Part shown: positions 38,691 through 52,549 of the stretch, one piece after another
Position numbering within the stretch: position 1 is the first letter of the stretch
How the letters are laid out: the number at the start of each line of letters is the position of its first letter
Origin: Lama guanicoe
Lineage: Eukaryota
Length of the DNA stretch: 64,000 bases
Direction: 5' to 3'
Assembly: GCA_013239625.1 (NCBI GenBank)
Contig: MU054323.1
Coordinates: 5,569,220 to 5,633,219 of the forward strand
Notes under the pieces: generated by a model
The model's input: the letters and a program-made list of their open reading frames with translations, nothing else
What the model was told of the DNA's origin: nothing
Databases searched by the model: none
Program-made: the position numbers and the translations under genes

Positions 38691-41600
38691 TCATCATCTC
38701 CTGTGCCAGGATTTTTCATGGGTTTCCAGAAAGGCAGAAGAAAATTGATTAGACTAGAGAAAACATGTAAACAGAAATGGATGTTTGGGGCAGAAAGTTT
38801 GTGACCTAAAGCTTCCACCTAGCAAATATCAATAGCTTATTCTGGGAAATGAAGACATTTCCAGAAGACAGAGTATGTCTCCCCTTTAATTCATACTCAT
38901 TGTCGGAAGTCTGGGCTTCCCAAAGTTCAAAAGCACCTCAGCAATAAACAGTAAACACCAACATTTTCAGCAATATGAAGAAAAAGAACAATAAAGACAA
39001 ATATCATCAATGCTTATGTGCAAGGGGGCAGACTTTATGCCACTGCAGTCCAAAAACAGGAGGAAGGAAACTTCTGGAATCACAGCAATTTTTGATGTTA
39101 AATTTCTGCATATTCTTCTTTTATCTCCTCACATACGAGAAAACATGAATAATCCCTGCCCTGGAAGAAAAGACCTACCTGTGACAGTGATGAAGTGGAC
39201 AAGAGATAGGGTTCAAACTGTTCAGTCAGGTGACAGTGAATCTCTTTTTTTAAGCAATAACATCCATGTTTTTAGATGAAAAGATGATTTGTCTAAAAAA
39301 GTAAGCACAGGCTCTGTGATGTGGTAATAACAAGGAGAACGAAACATTTGGCCCTTCAAGTTCTTTGGTCTTCATTTCAGCCTGCCAAGGAAAAAGGAGT
39401 TTGGAGCCATGTTTCCAGAAATGACATATTTATCGACAGTGATAAATTTCTCAGAATCTGAAGGACTTATCTGCACTTACTTCAGCAGCAAAGACTCAGA
39501 AAAATGGGCAATTGCTTCCCCAACATGAAAAAAAGCATCCAAGAGCCCAGCGATTGATTGGAAAAAGACGAGAGTAGCCTCAAAGATGAGAACACTGGGC
39601 GATCATCCACGTTCAGAGAAAGAATGCAGGCCCAGCTAGAAAGGCAGGCTGACTAGTACAATGGAAGGAACTGGGTAGAGTCTGCATATTATAAACACAG
39701 GGAGCATGGCTCATGGTGAAACTGTTCATTTTTTTCCATCACTTAGAAGACTGGGATCAAACTGCTTATCTCCGAATTCTACTGGTCGACAAATCCATCT
39801 CAGAATCCCTGGTTTTAGTTTTGTTTTTCTAAGGCTCAAGAAACACCACTGTTGGTTTGAAAAAGAGATTATTTCAAACTATTTTATTCTGATCCCCTGA
39901 GAAATCAGATTTTCGAAAATATTTCAATTAGATTAGTACCCTTGTGACCCTTCATCCCACGACAACAAAGTCCAGGCGCTATGAGTTATATGTCTGCCAA
40001 ACAAGTTTTAAAAAGGCTTTGAATAGGACCAAATAAAGACTGAGCTCTTGGTAAGGGAGGCAGGGAAGGGAATGCATGTGTCATTCATTGGTTTGGAGAG
40101 TCTTCGAGGAGCTTTGCCTTCTGCAGCTGGAAAATGCCCTGTGAGTGCATTCAGTCTACAACCTGTTTGATAGGTCAGTTGATCTATCATCGACTTCTAC
40201 TCTACACAAACTTGGCTAGGCTACGTAGCTAACCCAACCTCTGCAAATGCTGAGGCCTGTTAGCATTACTTCTTTTTCCCCCTTGTTTATTGTTATGTGT
40301 TGACATCCAGACAGATTCTCAGGCAGGTCCTGTAGACTTCAGATTTTCACAATATTACCATTTCAGCAGGCTGAATGTTAAAAAATGGAAATTGGACAGA
40401 CTGTTATCAACTTTAATCGACCATTAGAGCATCAGAGCCTGAAGGCACAGTATTTAACGGTTGGAATGGGGTGGTCAAGTAAAATGCTGTCTCTTTCATT
40501 TGGAATCTGGGAATAAAGCCAACCCAGATAAAAAGGGAAAGAAGCCATTACTCTGACAGCTGTGGCAGAGCACAAGGATCAGCGCTGCAAAGGAGGCCAA
40601 GATGCAAATACTGCAGTGCACTTGGGTGAGGTTTGTCTACGAATTCTGGTTTGCAGGTTGTGTACATAGTGAAGATAAATAAGCCAAGGAATGAGATACT
40701 GACCTACCAGAATGAAGGCTGTTATCTAGTATCAAAAACGGATCCTGTGACATCATATAATATGGCCAGACTCGGCCTCAATATGTCATCACCCTTCTGT
40801 GCAGAAATGGCTGTCTTTCGGGAAAGGCAAATAATTCGCTGCCTGAGCCCCCGGGCATGGTACACTGTGAATGCTTCCAAAAATGATTCTGGAATTAAAC
40901 TTTTTCATTACACCTGACATTAGTGAGTTTTCACCTGTTGGCAGCCATCTTGTTAAAGCCGCCCACAGGAGAAATGTTGTTTTACTAGAAGTTAAGACTC
41001 CTTTCTCCTTTTATGCCTCTGTTGGTCATGCCAGATTCCTTCCCAACACCATTTACTCTACTAATGTGGTTTTGCACACTATGAACTTTCAGAATGTTAG
41101 ACTGAGCACAGTTTCCTTTTAAACAAAATATATTGTTTATGTAAAGAGTCTAACGGCCCATGGCAATCCAATTTACATGTAAAGTACACGATTTAATATT
41201 GAATCAGTTTTATTACTTCACATATGAAAGATATTGAGCAGTGGTAGGTATATTGTATTTGTATCAGAAAAATACAAGGGCAGATTTATTGGGCTTGTGC
41301 TTAATAATATTAGAATCGATTATCTCAATGAGAGGCGAGACATCTGTTCATTGTGGGAAGAAGCACCATTTCCACCACACTGTTGTTGCCTGATGAACCC
41401 TTTCCTCTTCACTCAATGAAAAAACCATATTTGAAGGGTTAATAATGCCTCCCAAAGTGATAACATTAACTTTCTATCAGCAGCAAGGGAATACTGTTGA
41501 TATCATTTCAAATTTATTAAGCATATTTGGTTTGCTGGGCATTGTCCCAAACCCATAAAACATAAGATTATTTTATCACTGGTTGCTTTTGTATGCTAAT

Positions 41601-43126
41601 TATGTTGATTCGCTTGACCTCTCAAAAACTGGATTTAATCTTCGCCATATTTTCTACATTACGGAAACCCCAAACCTATTTTTCTTTATATTTTAGCTTT
41701 TCTTTCTGCAAACTCCAATCATTAGACAATCTCTTTACAGAGTAACCTGTACTCTCATAAACTGTAAGCTCTCTAAAATATTTTAGGAGAGAGCTAGTCT
41801 CTTATTATTATCATTAATCTGGAAAGTTGTTCTTTAAGCATTGCTGTTGAGAGAGAAAGGCTTACCCTTTAGAATGACCCTAACAAACAGCCTCTCCAGA
41901 TGCCCTGTCTCCTTTTACCGTAATACATTTTCATTCAATATAATTGAAAGCTTCAATTAATATTACTTAAATCAGATGGGGATAGAGCATATTCTTGAGG
42001 TAACAAAAACTAAAACTAGCAGGAAACTAGGGACACAATAATTTGACATGGAACCAATGCAAAAGGAAATTTGCTCATAATATCCTCCCGGAAATTTTGT
42101 TATATTTTTGGATACAGGATTTTGTTGTGTGAATTTTCACTTTTAAACGTGCTATGTTTCTTTTCCTTTTCCATCTTTTCAAGGGTAGAAAGAGCTTTCT
42201 TGTCCACTCTAACTTGCTTCTAGGAGTAAAGGATGGTCCCCAGCTGTCTGTGTCTGAATTGATGAGATGTACTTCGGGATTTAGTTAGAATGCACACATT
42301 TTTCCATGTCCTTCTAGCCTCTAGGCATGCAGGCAAAGTTCCAACGCAACATTTTAAGTAAACAAAACTAAACTGAACAGCTAAAGCCTTCCTTCAAGGA
42401 AAGACATACAGATTAGTGAAGGCCAGACCGCAGTGATTCCTGCCCATTCCACAACGATAATTCAATCATACTCTAGACAGAAAATGTGCATCCACTCTGT
42501 GTGTGTGTTTGAGGCCACACATAGTCTGCACTTTGCATGCCCTGCACAGTACTGCCTGTGATATGGATTAGATATAAAATCATTACACCGTGGATGTTGG
42601 CACACTCATCCTGTCTTCCTTAGCAGAAAAAAGAATTCTTCCGCAAAATACTGAGTTTACATGCAAAAATATTTCCTCTACAAGAAATCTTCCTCCCTGC
42701 AGATTCCCAAGTTTAGACTCAACAGTTGCTAAATCCAACCTTTGCCAGCCTGAGTGCTCACCAAGCAGCGAGGGAGCAGAAGACGGTGAACCTCTGCTCA
42801 GGGAGGAGGTGGGCTGCCCACGTGGGTCAAGACTCTGTGATGACTGGTCTCCAAGGGTCACCAACATGTACCCATCAAATAAAGGAACCCTCAGGCACTC
42901 CTTTCTCTTCTAATCTCAGCTATTCAGATTCAAATGGGAGAAAACACATATTTATTCAGCAAATAAACTTACTTTTAAGAGAGTCTCCTAATGCTTTGGC
43001 AAGGAACTCATTTCTATACGTTGCAACTTCTATTCTTAATGCCTGAGCTCCACCCTCTCTCATCGGTCAGCATCACTTATTAAGCAAGCATCTGTAGCAC
43101 TTCACTCTTCAGGAAACTAAAACAGC

Positions 43127-43471
43127 CGTCTTAGGCCGTCTGGGTTGCGTTAACAAAATGCCATAGACTGGGTGGCTTATAGACAGAAATATGTTTCTCA
43201 CAGTTCTGGAGGCTGGAAGTCCAAGATCATGGTGCCAGCACAAGCAGGTAAGGGTCCTCTTCTGGGCTACAGACTTCTTGTGGCCTCACACGGTGGAAGG
43301 GACCAGGGAGCCCTGGGAGGTCTCTTTTATAAGAGCACTAATCCCATTCATGAGGACTCCACCCTCATGACCTAATCACCTCCCAAAGGCCCCACCTACA
43401 AATACCATCACCTTTGGGGGCTAGGATTTCAACATGAATTCTGGGGGAATACAGACATTCAGACCATAGCA
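43127..43471 (-). mobile_element. MaLR solo LTR (MLT1A-like)
   Basis: 'tctcacagttctggaggctggaagtccaagatca..ctcatgacctaatcacctcccaaaggccccacct..acattcagaccatagca'. Flanks acagc / atggc fit a CpG-decayed acggc 5-bp TSD. Confidence 0.9.
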
Positions 43472-43628
43472 ATGGCCAAAGGACGGGTGTTCCTTGGTCA
43501 TTCCAACTATTCACAGCTCTTCATGGGTCACTGCTGGTGCCTAAGCCAAGGGGCTAGGTTTTTGGAGGGAAGGCCAAGATGTAGGAAATATGTTCCACTT
43601 CCCAAGAATTCATAGACTCTATGGAGAA

Positions 43629-43958
43629 TGTCTTGGTCCATTCAGCCTGCTAGAAGAAAAATACCATGAACTGAATAGCTGATAACAATAAACATGTATT
43701 AGTCACAGTTCTGGAGGCTGGGAAGCCCAAGATCAAAGCACTGGAAGATTTGGTGTTCTGTGGGACCTACTTCTGGTGCAGAGATGGTGCTATTTTGCTA
43801 CACCCTCACATGATGGCATAATTCCAATCATGAGGGCTCTGCCCTTGTGACCTCATCACCTCCCAAAGTCCCCACCTCCTAATGCCACTACCTTGGAGGT
43901 TGAGATTTCAGTATATAAATTGGGGGTGGGGGGAAGTATAAACATTCAGGCCACAGCA
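43629..43958 (-). mobile_element. Second MaLR solo LTR (MLT1A-like)
   Basis: 'tgtcttggtccattcag..cacagttctggaggctgggaagcccaagatcaa..tgacctcatcacctcccaaag..aacattcaggccacagca'. Confidence 0.85.
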
Positions 43959-45376
43959 GGGAGTTAAGATTCATATGTGATGTAATTATTAAATATCACA
44001 AGAAGGTATGTGATTAAAACATCAAAATGTGAGGCCACTGAGGTTCAGGGAAACAAATATTCCATTATATCCACTACACTCTATTACCAAGGCAGGAAAG
44101 TAGATTAATATTTTCTTGAAATATTTCCAACGGTAATTGAAATAATGAGTTCTCCTTTCCTTCCCTATAAGCAGAGAAGTCAAGTAATCATATCACGTTG
44201 CTACCTTGTCGTTCCATTTACTTGATGAAGCAAAGGAAAAGCATCAATAATGCCACTGTTTTTATATGCATCTGAATGCCTTTGGTTTCCACCTTACTTC
44301 CTTTCCTAATACAGAATGCATTTTCCCAAAGAGACAATGTAATACATATGGCGATTAGTACCCATTCTATTTCAGCCCTTTAAATGCACCTGCCAAGCCC
44401 ACGTCAGCTGTTAGGAGAATCCATAAAAACAATCCTTCCAGAAAATCTCCAGGACCCTTTTAGTCTACCAGTTCCAGTTGTCCCCAAAAACTAGTACCCT
44501 AGTTCTCAACCCTCTTCCATTCTCTTTGATGCCACTCTTGGCCGTCAGACTCTATCAAGCTCCTTGGCTTGGACTTGTCATCCCTTCAGAACATGACTCC
44601 CTGTATCTGCCTCTGTGCTCCACATGCGAAAAGACCCTCTATTGCCTCACCCGACCCATGCCTTGCCAGAACACAGCCCTTCAAGACCCAAGAGTGATGG
44701 CTGGTGTCTAAGGTCACTGAAAGAGCCAAAAGTGTGGTTGTAAAAGACTATGTGCTCCAAAGAAACAGGGTTCTCTCTGCTTAGAGAACATTTTTTTTTT
44801 TGAGAGTATTGTAAAATATCTGTTTAAGTGCATGTATCCTCCACTGGTGGGTGAGCTCTTCAAAGTATGGGACAAGGACTTCCTTATCTCTGCATTCTAA
44901 CACACTGCCTAGAAAAATAACACACAAATGGTTGCTCAATTAATTAATTAATCCTTGCTCCAAGGTTAATTAAGTCCCCCAAACAAAACTTCTGTTTCTT
45001 CAGTGTTCCCAACTAGTATAGAAGGAAAGTGATCTAATTGAATTAATTCACTCTAAGGCATAAATTATTGAAAATACATCATTCTGATATAGGACTTGGC
45101 AAAGGTATTTTATTTTTTAATCTCCCCAGAAGATTCTCATGAGCAGCCTGTCTTGAGAACTACTGCCATAGAATGTCCTCTGTGCTCTGGCCCCTGCTTC
45201 TCCCATCATCCGCACCATGCATGTCCCTCTCTAGCTATACTGGAATAGGTGTCCTTGTTCCATGCACACCATGCTTACCCAGACCCCCAGATCTCTTTCC
45301 ACCATACCTGGAGAAGCCTGAAGTTAGGGGTGATGTTATTCTTTCTTCCACGGGCTCCCTTTCACTACAGTTCGCC

Positions 45377-45727
45377 TTCTATGGTCTGAACGCTTATGTC
45401 CCCTCAAAATTTATACATTTTTTTATCCTAATCCCCAAAGACAATGGTATTAAGAGATAGTGCCTTTGAGAAGTTCTTAAATCCTGAGGGTGGTGCACTC
45501 AAGAATGGGATTAGCACCTCATAAAGGAGGCTCCAGAGAGATTCCGTGCCCTTCCTTCACATAAGGACACAGGGACATAGTGGGGACTGTCACCCGGGAA
45601 GAGGGCTCTCACCAAATGTGACCACCCTGGTGTCTTCATCTTGGACTTTCCAGCCTCCACAACGGTAAGAAACAAATTTCATCTAGTCTGTGGTATTTTG
45701 TTATAGCAGCCCAAACAGACTAAGACA
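45377..45727 (+). mobile_element. MaLR solo LTR (MLT1A-like)
   Basis: 'ctatggtctgaacgcttatgtcccctcaaaatt..aatgggattagc..gtggtattttgttatagcagcccaaacagactaagaca'. TSD tcgcc (45372-45376) / ttgcc (45728-45732). Confidence 0.9.
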
Positions 45728-48474
45728 TTGCCTCCTGACTCAGATTTTTTTTCCTGGAAATGAATGTCAGAAATAATATTTCATTTTGAACAAGAGTTAA
45801 ATCACCAGAGTAAGGTAACTAAATCAAAAGCTACTCTGGGAATTATGGGAAATTTGATGAATCTAAATGAGAAGAAAACACAGAGTGAATTCTTTAAGAG
45901 GCATCTGCAGCAGCTCATCTCAATGCTGGATAGCTCGTGTTGGTTTCCTTCACCTTCAGGGTAAAACCCATTGTCTAACTATAGAAAAAGATTTACTTAT
46001 TTCTAACTATAGAAGAAGAGCTATGAAAGGGGATCATCATTCTCCCCATTCTTCCCTCATCCTCTAGCGTAAAATATCCAGACAATTTGGTTATGACTCA
46101 GGCGGTTCTGATGATAGAGCTTTGGGTTTCATTTTGATGGATTCAAACCTGGCCCATCCTGCTGGACTTCTGTAATAACAGAGAAGGTCTCAGAGACCAG
46201 AGTAAGTTCAAGGCAGTTTTCAAGGACATAAAAATGGATTTTTCTCATGACGTCAACATAATTGTATTTTCAGATGACAGCTCTGCTACACTAATGACTC
46301 CATCTGAAATATTTAGGGCTTGTTCTTTTAAGATGAACACCCCCTGCAGCTTGTCTTCCACAAACATGCCTTTTCTGAGCAATTTAGATGTAGCAGGAGG
46401 AAAAAAAAAGAGGTAGGGGGATTTATCAGGATTAATTAATACACAAGAGGAAAGAGATGTGTGTGATTAAACTAACTTCTCAGGTTCATCATAAATATTT
46501 TATTCATTTATGTGACTCTGAATTCTGTCTCTGTCATTTAGGAAGTAGCCCTAAATGTGAGACTTGAAGCTTCCTGTGAGTGAAAACAAGGCACAAGAAT
46601 TCTTATACCCAGGTCCGCAGTTGGAAAGACTCAGAGAGCAAGCAGTAGAACTTTTGTCAGAAGGGGTAACACTGCCAAGGAGATAGGAAGGGGCCCATCA
46701 TCACTGCATGCCCTGGATGACTGATTTTCGGGAGACAGTATGTGTAAGAAATATAGGAGGAAGCCTTGATGGATGAAGGACAGCTCTTTAGATAAGTGGA
46801 CGGGTGGGGCCAGCATCCCCAAACTCTCCTCTGTATGGGCCTCCCCACTGACCTTTGGAGATTCCGTGAGCTTTCCCTCCTCAGCACTTCCACCACTGCT
46901 TTCCATGCACCATCCCCCAGCCCTCTACCATGCAATGCCCTCCCTTTATTTACCCTTCTGTCTGCCTGGCTTCTCCCACCCATCCTTGGAAGTCAGGCTC
47001 CAGCTCACCACAACCATGAAGGCTACCATGACATTACACGTTCAGCATTATCTACCTCCCTCACAACCAGAAGGTAGGGTTGATCTCAAGAAGTAAAATT
47101 TCAACCACCCAGAGTACTTAAAAAGGAATTTCGTTCTCTACTCACTTTTCTCAAAAGACATGAAAAGGTCTCCAAAAGCATAGTTTGAAGTCATACTTAT
47201 TAAGGCTCTCTGTCATCATTGTCCTTATCCCCAAGCTACCCCCACAGCGTGCTCTGCAACCCCTCTCCAAAAAGTGCCTCTTCCTCCCCCAGCCCAGGAG
47301 GCTCCTTTCTTCCTTTCTTGCAGGGGGGAGACTGAAGTGGAGACCACGTGATTCTCTTTGGCATTCTGGGGAAAATGCAATGACTTTGAATGCATATGCA
47401 GACCTCATGAATTGTAGCCTATCATATGCTCATCTCATATCCTTGTTCTTAAGACATTTTTTCCTATGGGTTGATCCTGCCTTCCCAAATAAATTGTAGA
47501 TTCTTTAAAACAAGAACTATGTTTTATTCACCTTTGTATTTTAGTACAATGTGGGTTTTCAATAATAATTTGGAGAATGAATGAAAGGATTAAAGTACAT
47601 AAAAGTCAAAGTTTAAATTTCACATTTCATTAATTCCCCCTGCAAATATCACACATTACACACTCAATTACTATTCGTTGATGATAATAAAATAGGAAGA
47701 CAACCCAATAGGGAGGAAGGAAGGGGGCAAAGGCCCAGCCCAACCATTCAGTCTTTCACCCATAATGAGCTCCAGTAAATAAAACCTCTAGGGTGTCTTC
47801 ACCCAAATAATTATCTGTTATTCAGCCCCTCCCTCTACCATGGACTTGCCCAATTCATTATATGAACCTTTAAAAAAAAAAAAAAAAGAAGATTTGCTTT
47901 GTTTTGCTTTTGCCCCTGCTAAAATGCATCTAATTAGATATGACCTGTCCTTTCCATTCTTTGCAAGATGTTTGGTCCCTGAGTTTGTTATACACAGTGA
48001 TCCCTGCTCTCCAAAGACTTGTCAACATTGCTCTACAGTCGCCTTTTTATTTTTAGTTATTAATCACATCATGAAAGAAACTTGTCTCCACTGCAAGGAA
48101 CTGAAGGTTGTAATTTGAGCGCTATGTACATACATTCAAATGCATATTTATGCAAGTCACACAGGGGAATGCGCCCACTCCTCCCACAAAGCAAAGGCAC
48201 ACGCTGTGCACTTCTCCTGGCAAACAGCCACATAGGCACCTCAATACAACATCAAAATGGGTCAAAGCATGTGGTAGGCAGGAAGTAGTCTGTACCAGGT
48301 GCTACCTGGTTGGAAATGAGAACACTTGCTGGGGCCATGAAGAGAGGCACGCAGGCACACAGCCAGGCAGGAGGAGGTGCAGCTTCCCAAGGCAAGGCCT
48401 GAGTATCCTGGACCGGATATCACCCTCATGGAGCCTCATGGACAAAAAGTTCTCAGAAGGGAGAGCTGGGCCAA

Positions 48475-48665
48475 TATGTTGAGCTCCTATTGCAGGCCTG
48501 CTCCTTCAGATGCATTTGCTCTTACTGTCACCAAAACACCAGCATAGGTCTTATCACATTCACTTTGAACATAAGAAAACTGAGGCCCCACTAATTTAGG
48601 CAATGTATCCATATCATAAGGTCAGTAAGCACCAAAACCAGAACCCAAGGGTGATCTGATCCAGG
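48475..48665 (-). mobile_element. MIR SINE
   Basis: 'ttgagctcctattgcagg..aagaaaactgaggccc..ccatatcataaggtcagtaag..gaacccaag..tctga'. Confidence 0.6.
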
Positions 48666-48984
48666 CTCCATCTACTGCTGCTCTGACCCCAGAGAACCCA
48701 CTGGCAAACCCACAACCTGCATCAACCCAGACCTCAGCCGTTCCATCCGTCCAGAGGAAAGCCCACAGCTTGTGGAGTGGTACCCATGCTTACCTCCATC
48801 CTCACTTAGATCACAGGGCAAAGCCACTCCCTGCCCACGGTCAGCTCCCACTTCCTCTCCCCACAGTGACAAAGCCAGGTTTCCATCATCCCCATGGGTA
48901 GCCCCACCTCTGCCCCCTGTCCCATCAGAGGAAGAACACGACTTCTTATTCACTTGGTTCACTTTTCACCAGCAACTTATCAAG

Positions 48985-49215
48985 AGGTAGAATGACACTG
49001 TGCTTAAAGGACCAGACTAAGTCCAAATCTCGGTCCCGCTACTTCCTAGTTGTGTGATTTCAAGCACACCACTCAGCCTCTCTACGCCTTGGCTTCCTTC
49101 TCTTTTACAAAGGGAGATGAGAGCAGAGTCTACCTATTGCAACTCCTGCGTGACTTGAGTGAATTCATGAATGTGTAGCAGAACAATGCGGGGCACACAC
49201 ACCGTGAGCAGGAGG
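48985..49215 (+). mobile_element. MIR SINE
   Basis: 'ccaaatctcggtcccgctacttcctagttgtgtgatttcaagca..ctcagcctctctacgccttggcttccttctc'. Confidence 0.7.
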
Positions 49216-49421
49216 TGCCTGCCGGCTCTCGCGTGCGCCAGCTCTGGGAGCTGCAAGGACAAGACGGCACGGCCCATGCTGTAATGCAAACACCAGAATC
49301 GGTGCTAAGCACGTAATTGGACAAATAACTAATTAGAGCGAGATGAGTGCTCTGAAGGAAAAGTACAAAGGGCAATGAGAGCATTTACCAGAGGGTATGA
49401 ATGAGCAGGAATCAGGTAGGT

Positions 49422-49612
49422 CAGGGGTCAGCAAACTACAGCTTGGCTAGTGTGAGTAAATAGCGTTTACTGGCAAACAGTCTCACCTTTTCATGTACAG
49501 GCTGTCTGCTGCTTTTGCTTCACAACCCCAGAGTCTAGGCAGAGACCTTATGGCCCACAAAGGTGAAAGTATTTACAACCTGGCCCTTTAAGAAAAAGTC
49601 TGCTAAATCCTG
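49422..49612 (+). mobile_element. MER58A-like hAT-Charlie MITE
   Basis: TIR-like ends 'caggggtcagcaaactac' and 'gaaaaagtctgctaaatcctg'; internal 'cagagaccttatggcccacaaag..tatttacaacctggccctttaagaaaaagt'. Confidence 0.8.
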
Positions 49613-50894
49613 AGCTACATGAAGAGGGAAAGAGAGAGGATGCGTGCCATGGGTGCCGGTGACCTTCACCCTGAGCGCTGCTGCACCACCAGCACCTTGA
49701 CTGTGGGAGCGCAGGTAGATTCCATGATGGGCCCTAAGCTGGTTTGGTTTTTACAAGATCCCTGGAATAACTAGCTTATTCCTTTCAAGCAGCACGAAGC
49801 TGAAAGATGGCTCACTGAATGGTCCCCTTACCTGAGTTACAGGTGACTAAGGGTTTTGATTTACTGCTTTTACTACCTTGTGTCCCTTTAGCCTAACTCA
49901 TCCCAGGACTGGGAACATAGTAGGTGTTCAATGAATTGAGGCTGACCTTGACATCGTTATTAAATGTGTGTGTTGTGTGTGTGTGTGTGGTCCCCATCCT
50001 CACAAACAGCTTGTGAAGAGAATCACAGCATCTAATTTTTGCAGAAAAAATTCAGAACAGCTTCTGATTAGAGAGTTTGCTCCATTTCCCAAGAAATCAT
50101 TTTAACCTTTAAACACAGAAGGTCGGCCTCTTGTCTCTCTGTTCATGCATAATTCCCCCTGCCCTCTGCTCTTCGGTGCCTCAGCAACCCACCGGAGACA
50201 GAGACCGAGTCAGTGGGAGGAAGAACACGGGCGCTCAGAGGCCAGGGCTGCCTCCCTGGGGCTGGCTGAGCCCTCAGAATATGTTGTCTCACTTGCTACA
50301 TTATTAATAAAATGGCAAGAAGTTTGGGAGAAAACTTTTTCCCCCACCTAGAAAAATTAGCATTTATGCCACGCACTGTGCAAACTTAGGAAGATGAACA
50401 TCAATAAAACAAAAAATGTTCCCTTTGAATCTCACTCTGGAGCCAGTGCCAAGAGAGCACTTTGAAACAGTGAAGGGAGTGGGGTAGCTCAGGTGGAATA
50501 AATCAGGGTTGCCAGGTCATCTGAGTGCAGTGGGTGGCCCCACACTGGGGCCGGAGTGGATGGGGAGAACCCAGCTGGTCCCAAGTGTCCATAGCATCAT
50601 CACAGATGGGGACGGCAGTGTTGGAAGTGATCGGTGGTGGGATGCCCTGTGATGGCCAATGGCTTGCGAGAGCCCAGGAGATGCAGATTAACTGAAATGA
50701 GGCCAAGGTCAGGCAGGCTGGCTTGGCAATTCCCTGAAAGGCCCGGTGTGATCCGCAGGGCTGATCCTGCAGCTGGAGGAAGTCACGTGATCTTAGGTAG
50801 GCGGAGGCATCCAAGCAGGTCACGCTAATTAGTGGGAATAAATGGTCATAAAACCTGGGATTTCAGTAGCTTTTTAGCAGCCATGTAAAACAGC

Positions 50895-51185
50895 TAATGG
50901 ACCAAATGTTAGCTCCTGAGAGAAGTCTTCCCTGCCACCTCCACTTAAAACAGCACCCCATCATTCCATTTCCCACTGCTACGCTTTCTCCTTTCCTCTC
51001 ACCACTCGTTGCCAACCTGTACCATATAGATAACCTACATATTTGTATTGCATAGCATGCATTGTGTATTACATTACATTATAATACAGAATGTGTGCTG
51101 CATGAGGATGATGTCATCTTATTCACCGATGTGTCCACAGCTCCTGGATCAGTGCCTGGTACCCAATTAATATTTATTGAACTTA
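50895..51185 (+). mobile_element. L2 3' region
   Basis: 'aaatgttagctcctgagagaagtcttccctg..cttattcaccgatgtgtccacagctcctggatcagtgcctggtac..aatatttattgaa'. Confidence 0.7.
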
Positions 51186-52249
51186 TAAATATAGCCTGAA
51201 CTAAAACTCTGAAGTATTTTCACTCGAACTGTTCCTTAGCCAGGTTTATCTCAACTGTGTCTATGCAACCATTAGTTTTTAACTAAAAATGAGGCATTTT
51301 TATCTGTTGGGTTTTGGTCCATTTATCCAGCCTTTTTAAGTTTCATAAGTCTCAAATCCAACACAAAGATGGGACCCCTCCATATCATCTCAATCCCCCC
51401 AAAACCCAAGCAGCGTGCCACCATCCCACCACTCAACTTGTAGGTAAAATATTGACCATGCAGAGCCTCCTGACATGCCAGTAGATGTGTCCCCTAGGCC
51501 TGGATTAATTGTCCTTAACATTTGAGCCAGGAATCATTGAGACAGAGGCTCTCAGCTCCAGAAAAGAACTTTGAGATCAAGTCATCAGAAGCTTCATTTT
51601 TACAGATTTGGGTTCTAGGGCCCGTGGGGAAGTGAGGGACAAATGGATGGCCTCGCTGTGGCATCACACAGAGCACAAGGATGGTTCACAGAGCCCCAGC
51701 CTCCCTGTGTTCAGAAGTCACTTTCATAGCAACAAGCTCCCAGGGTGGCCTTGGACAAGCACCTCAGTTCTCCATCCACACTAGACAGGTGGGACCTATC
51801 TACAAAGCCTGTCTCTTCTTAATCTGTTCCCATCCCAAGTGTGGGGCATGAGCAATAGCTGGGGGGGACTCAGAAGCCACACTAGGGCCTTGTGTCTCCC
51901 CTCCACACCCTGTCCTTCCTTCTCCCTCTTCCCGAGTTGGCAGTGCTCTCCTGTTCTCTTCATTTTCCACCCCACTGAGATGTGTAAACTTATGTAGAGG
52001 GGGAGGCAGATGCCAAGAATACACTAATGATCTACAGCCAACAGATAAAGGCAAGAGAGGTTTCTTGGCCCTTCTCAGAGCCTAAAATCCTTTGGCTCTC
52101 AGTGACGAGCGCAGCATTTTTAAAAAAATGTGTCCTGAGACAGCCAGCAACATAAGGGTAAAGGGAAGAGCCAGTCACAGTTACGTATTTGTTGAGTGAA
52201 TGAATGAATGAATGACTTCAGTATATGAAACAAAGTGGACATAGGAACG

Positions 52250-52549
52250 GAACTGCTGGCGCTCTCTCAGACTTCACTCGGTCTAAGTGGGGACATTAGG
52301 GGAAATCACAGCCAGCGAGGAAAGGCCAGGCAAGAAAAGTCCAACATTGGGGTACAAGTCACACTGCAGGGGGCACTGTGGGACCAGGGGAAGCTGGCAT
52401 GCACCTGCCGCCATCTTCTTCCTTAGCTTTCCTCCCCTGCCCCGTCTGGCTCCCCTCAGTCCCCTGCTCCTGAGAGTACCCCCTCCATAAATCACTTTCT
52501 CAAGAATCCCCGTCTCAGGCTCTGCTTCTAGGGAACCTGACCAAAGACA
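52250..52549 (+). mobile_element. LTR16-type ERVL solo LTR fragment
   Basis: 3' end 'ccataaatcactttctcaagaatccccgtctcaggctctgcttctagggaacctgaccaaagaca' resembles LTR16/LTR33-class termini. The 5' boundary is uncertain. Confidence 0.6.

Noticed and set aside
42690..42890. Plus-strand acceptor-like site and downstream AATAAA as a possible terminal exon
   Set aside because: Both signals are common by chance and there is no upstream partner exon or coding similarity.
43127..43958. Two same-orientation MLT1A-like LTRs 157 bp apart as a possible two-LTR provirus
   Set aside because: The first LTR has its own TSD (acagc/atggc), the outer flanks do not match each other, and the spacer is not MaLR-internal-like. 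These are independent solo LTRs.
45736..46255. AP-1 (TGACTCA x2) and CRE (TGACGTCA) motifs
   Set aside because: About eight AP-1 7-mers are expected by chance in 64 kb and a similar number is scattered through the window, so this is not enough evidence on its own.
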